Shown in pieces: positions 63,703 to 64,000 of a stretch of DNA of 64,000 nucleotides (its first letter is position 1; the number at the start of each line of letters is the position of its first letter). The DNA is taken from contig OZ249438.1 in NCBI GenBank assembly GCA_965235115.1, positions 40,548,001 to 40,612,000 of the forward strand, written 5' to 3'. The position numbers were made by a program, and so were the translations under genes. The stretch is from Laetmonice hystrix (lineage: Eukaryota). The notes beneath the pieces are model-generated. The model was given only the letters and a program-made list of their open reading frames with translations, made no database searches and had not been told where the DNA came from.

Positions 63703-64000
63703 GCCGTGTTTAAGGGACTGGGCCTTGTTTAAGCCGTGTTTGAGGACTGGGCCGTGTTTGAGGGGTTCATGTCTGAGGACTGGACCGTGTCTGAGGGACC
63801 AGGCCGTGTCTGGCAGGGTCATGTCTGCAGACTGGGCCGTGTCTGACAAGGTCATGTCTGTGGCTGGGTCGTGTCTGCAGACAGGGTCATGCCTGCAGAC
63901 TGGGCCGTGTCTGAAGACTGGGTCGTGTCTGCAGACTGGGCCGTGTCTGACAGGGTCGTGTCTGACAGGGTCATGTCTGCAGACTGGGCCGTGTCTGACA
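63703..64000. repeat. Degenerate short-unit repeat (GACTGGGCCGTGTCTG / CAGGGTCATGTCTG) running off the window end
   Basis: Direct reading. Confidence 0.9.

Overview
This is animal (metazoan, probably invertebrate) genomic DNA, not prokaryotic. No operons, rRNA, tRNA genes or CRISPR arrays are supported. The window is almost entirely the 5' intronic part of one + strand gene, an ASPP-family gene (PPP1R13B/TP53BP2-like). The ORF track misses it because its exons are short. Two exons encoding the N-terminal ubiquitin-like domain are clear (3584-3731, 4067-4186). I also propose an 18-nt microexon (9742-9759) and a 35-nt linker exon (48866-48900). Between them lie several ATG-bearing segments that end at GT donors in phase 0 (12173-13102, 310 aa; 20124-20144; 34930-34980). 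These look like an array of alternative first exons. Exon 1 and the coiled-coil/ankyrin/SH3 exons were not found and probably lie outside the window. Mobile DNA: a 2.36-kb non-autonomous Ginger1-like transposon (TGT..ACA ends, CCGG duplication) containing a nested 153-bp MITE, and a 5'-truncated CR1/L2-group LINE inserted into a minisatellite. About one third of the window (hand estimate about 21 kb) is roughly 30 mostly unrelated minisatellite arrays with 12-171 bp units. Most listed ORFs come from these arrays or are chance ORFs. All homology calls are from recall, not database searches. Repeat boundaries and copy numbers are hand estimates.
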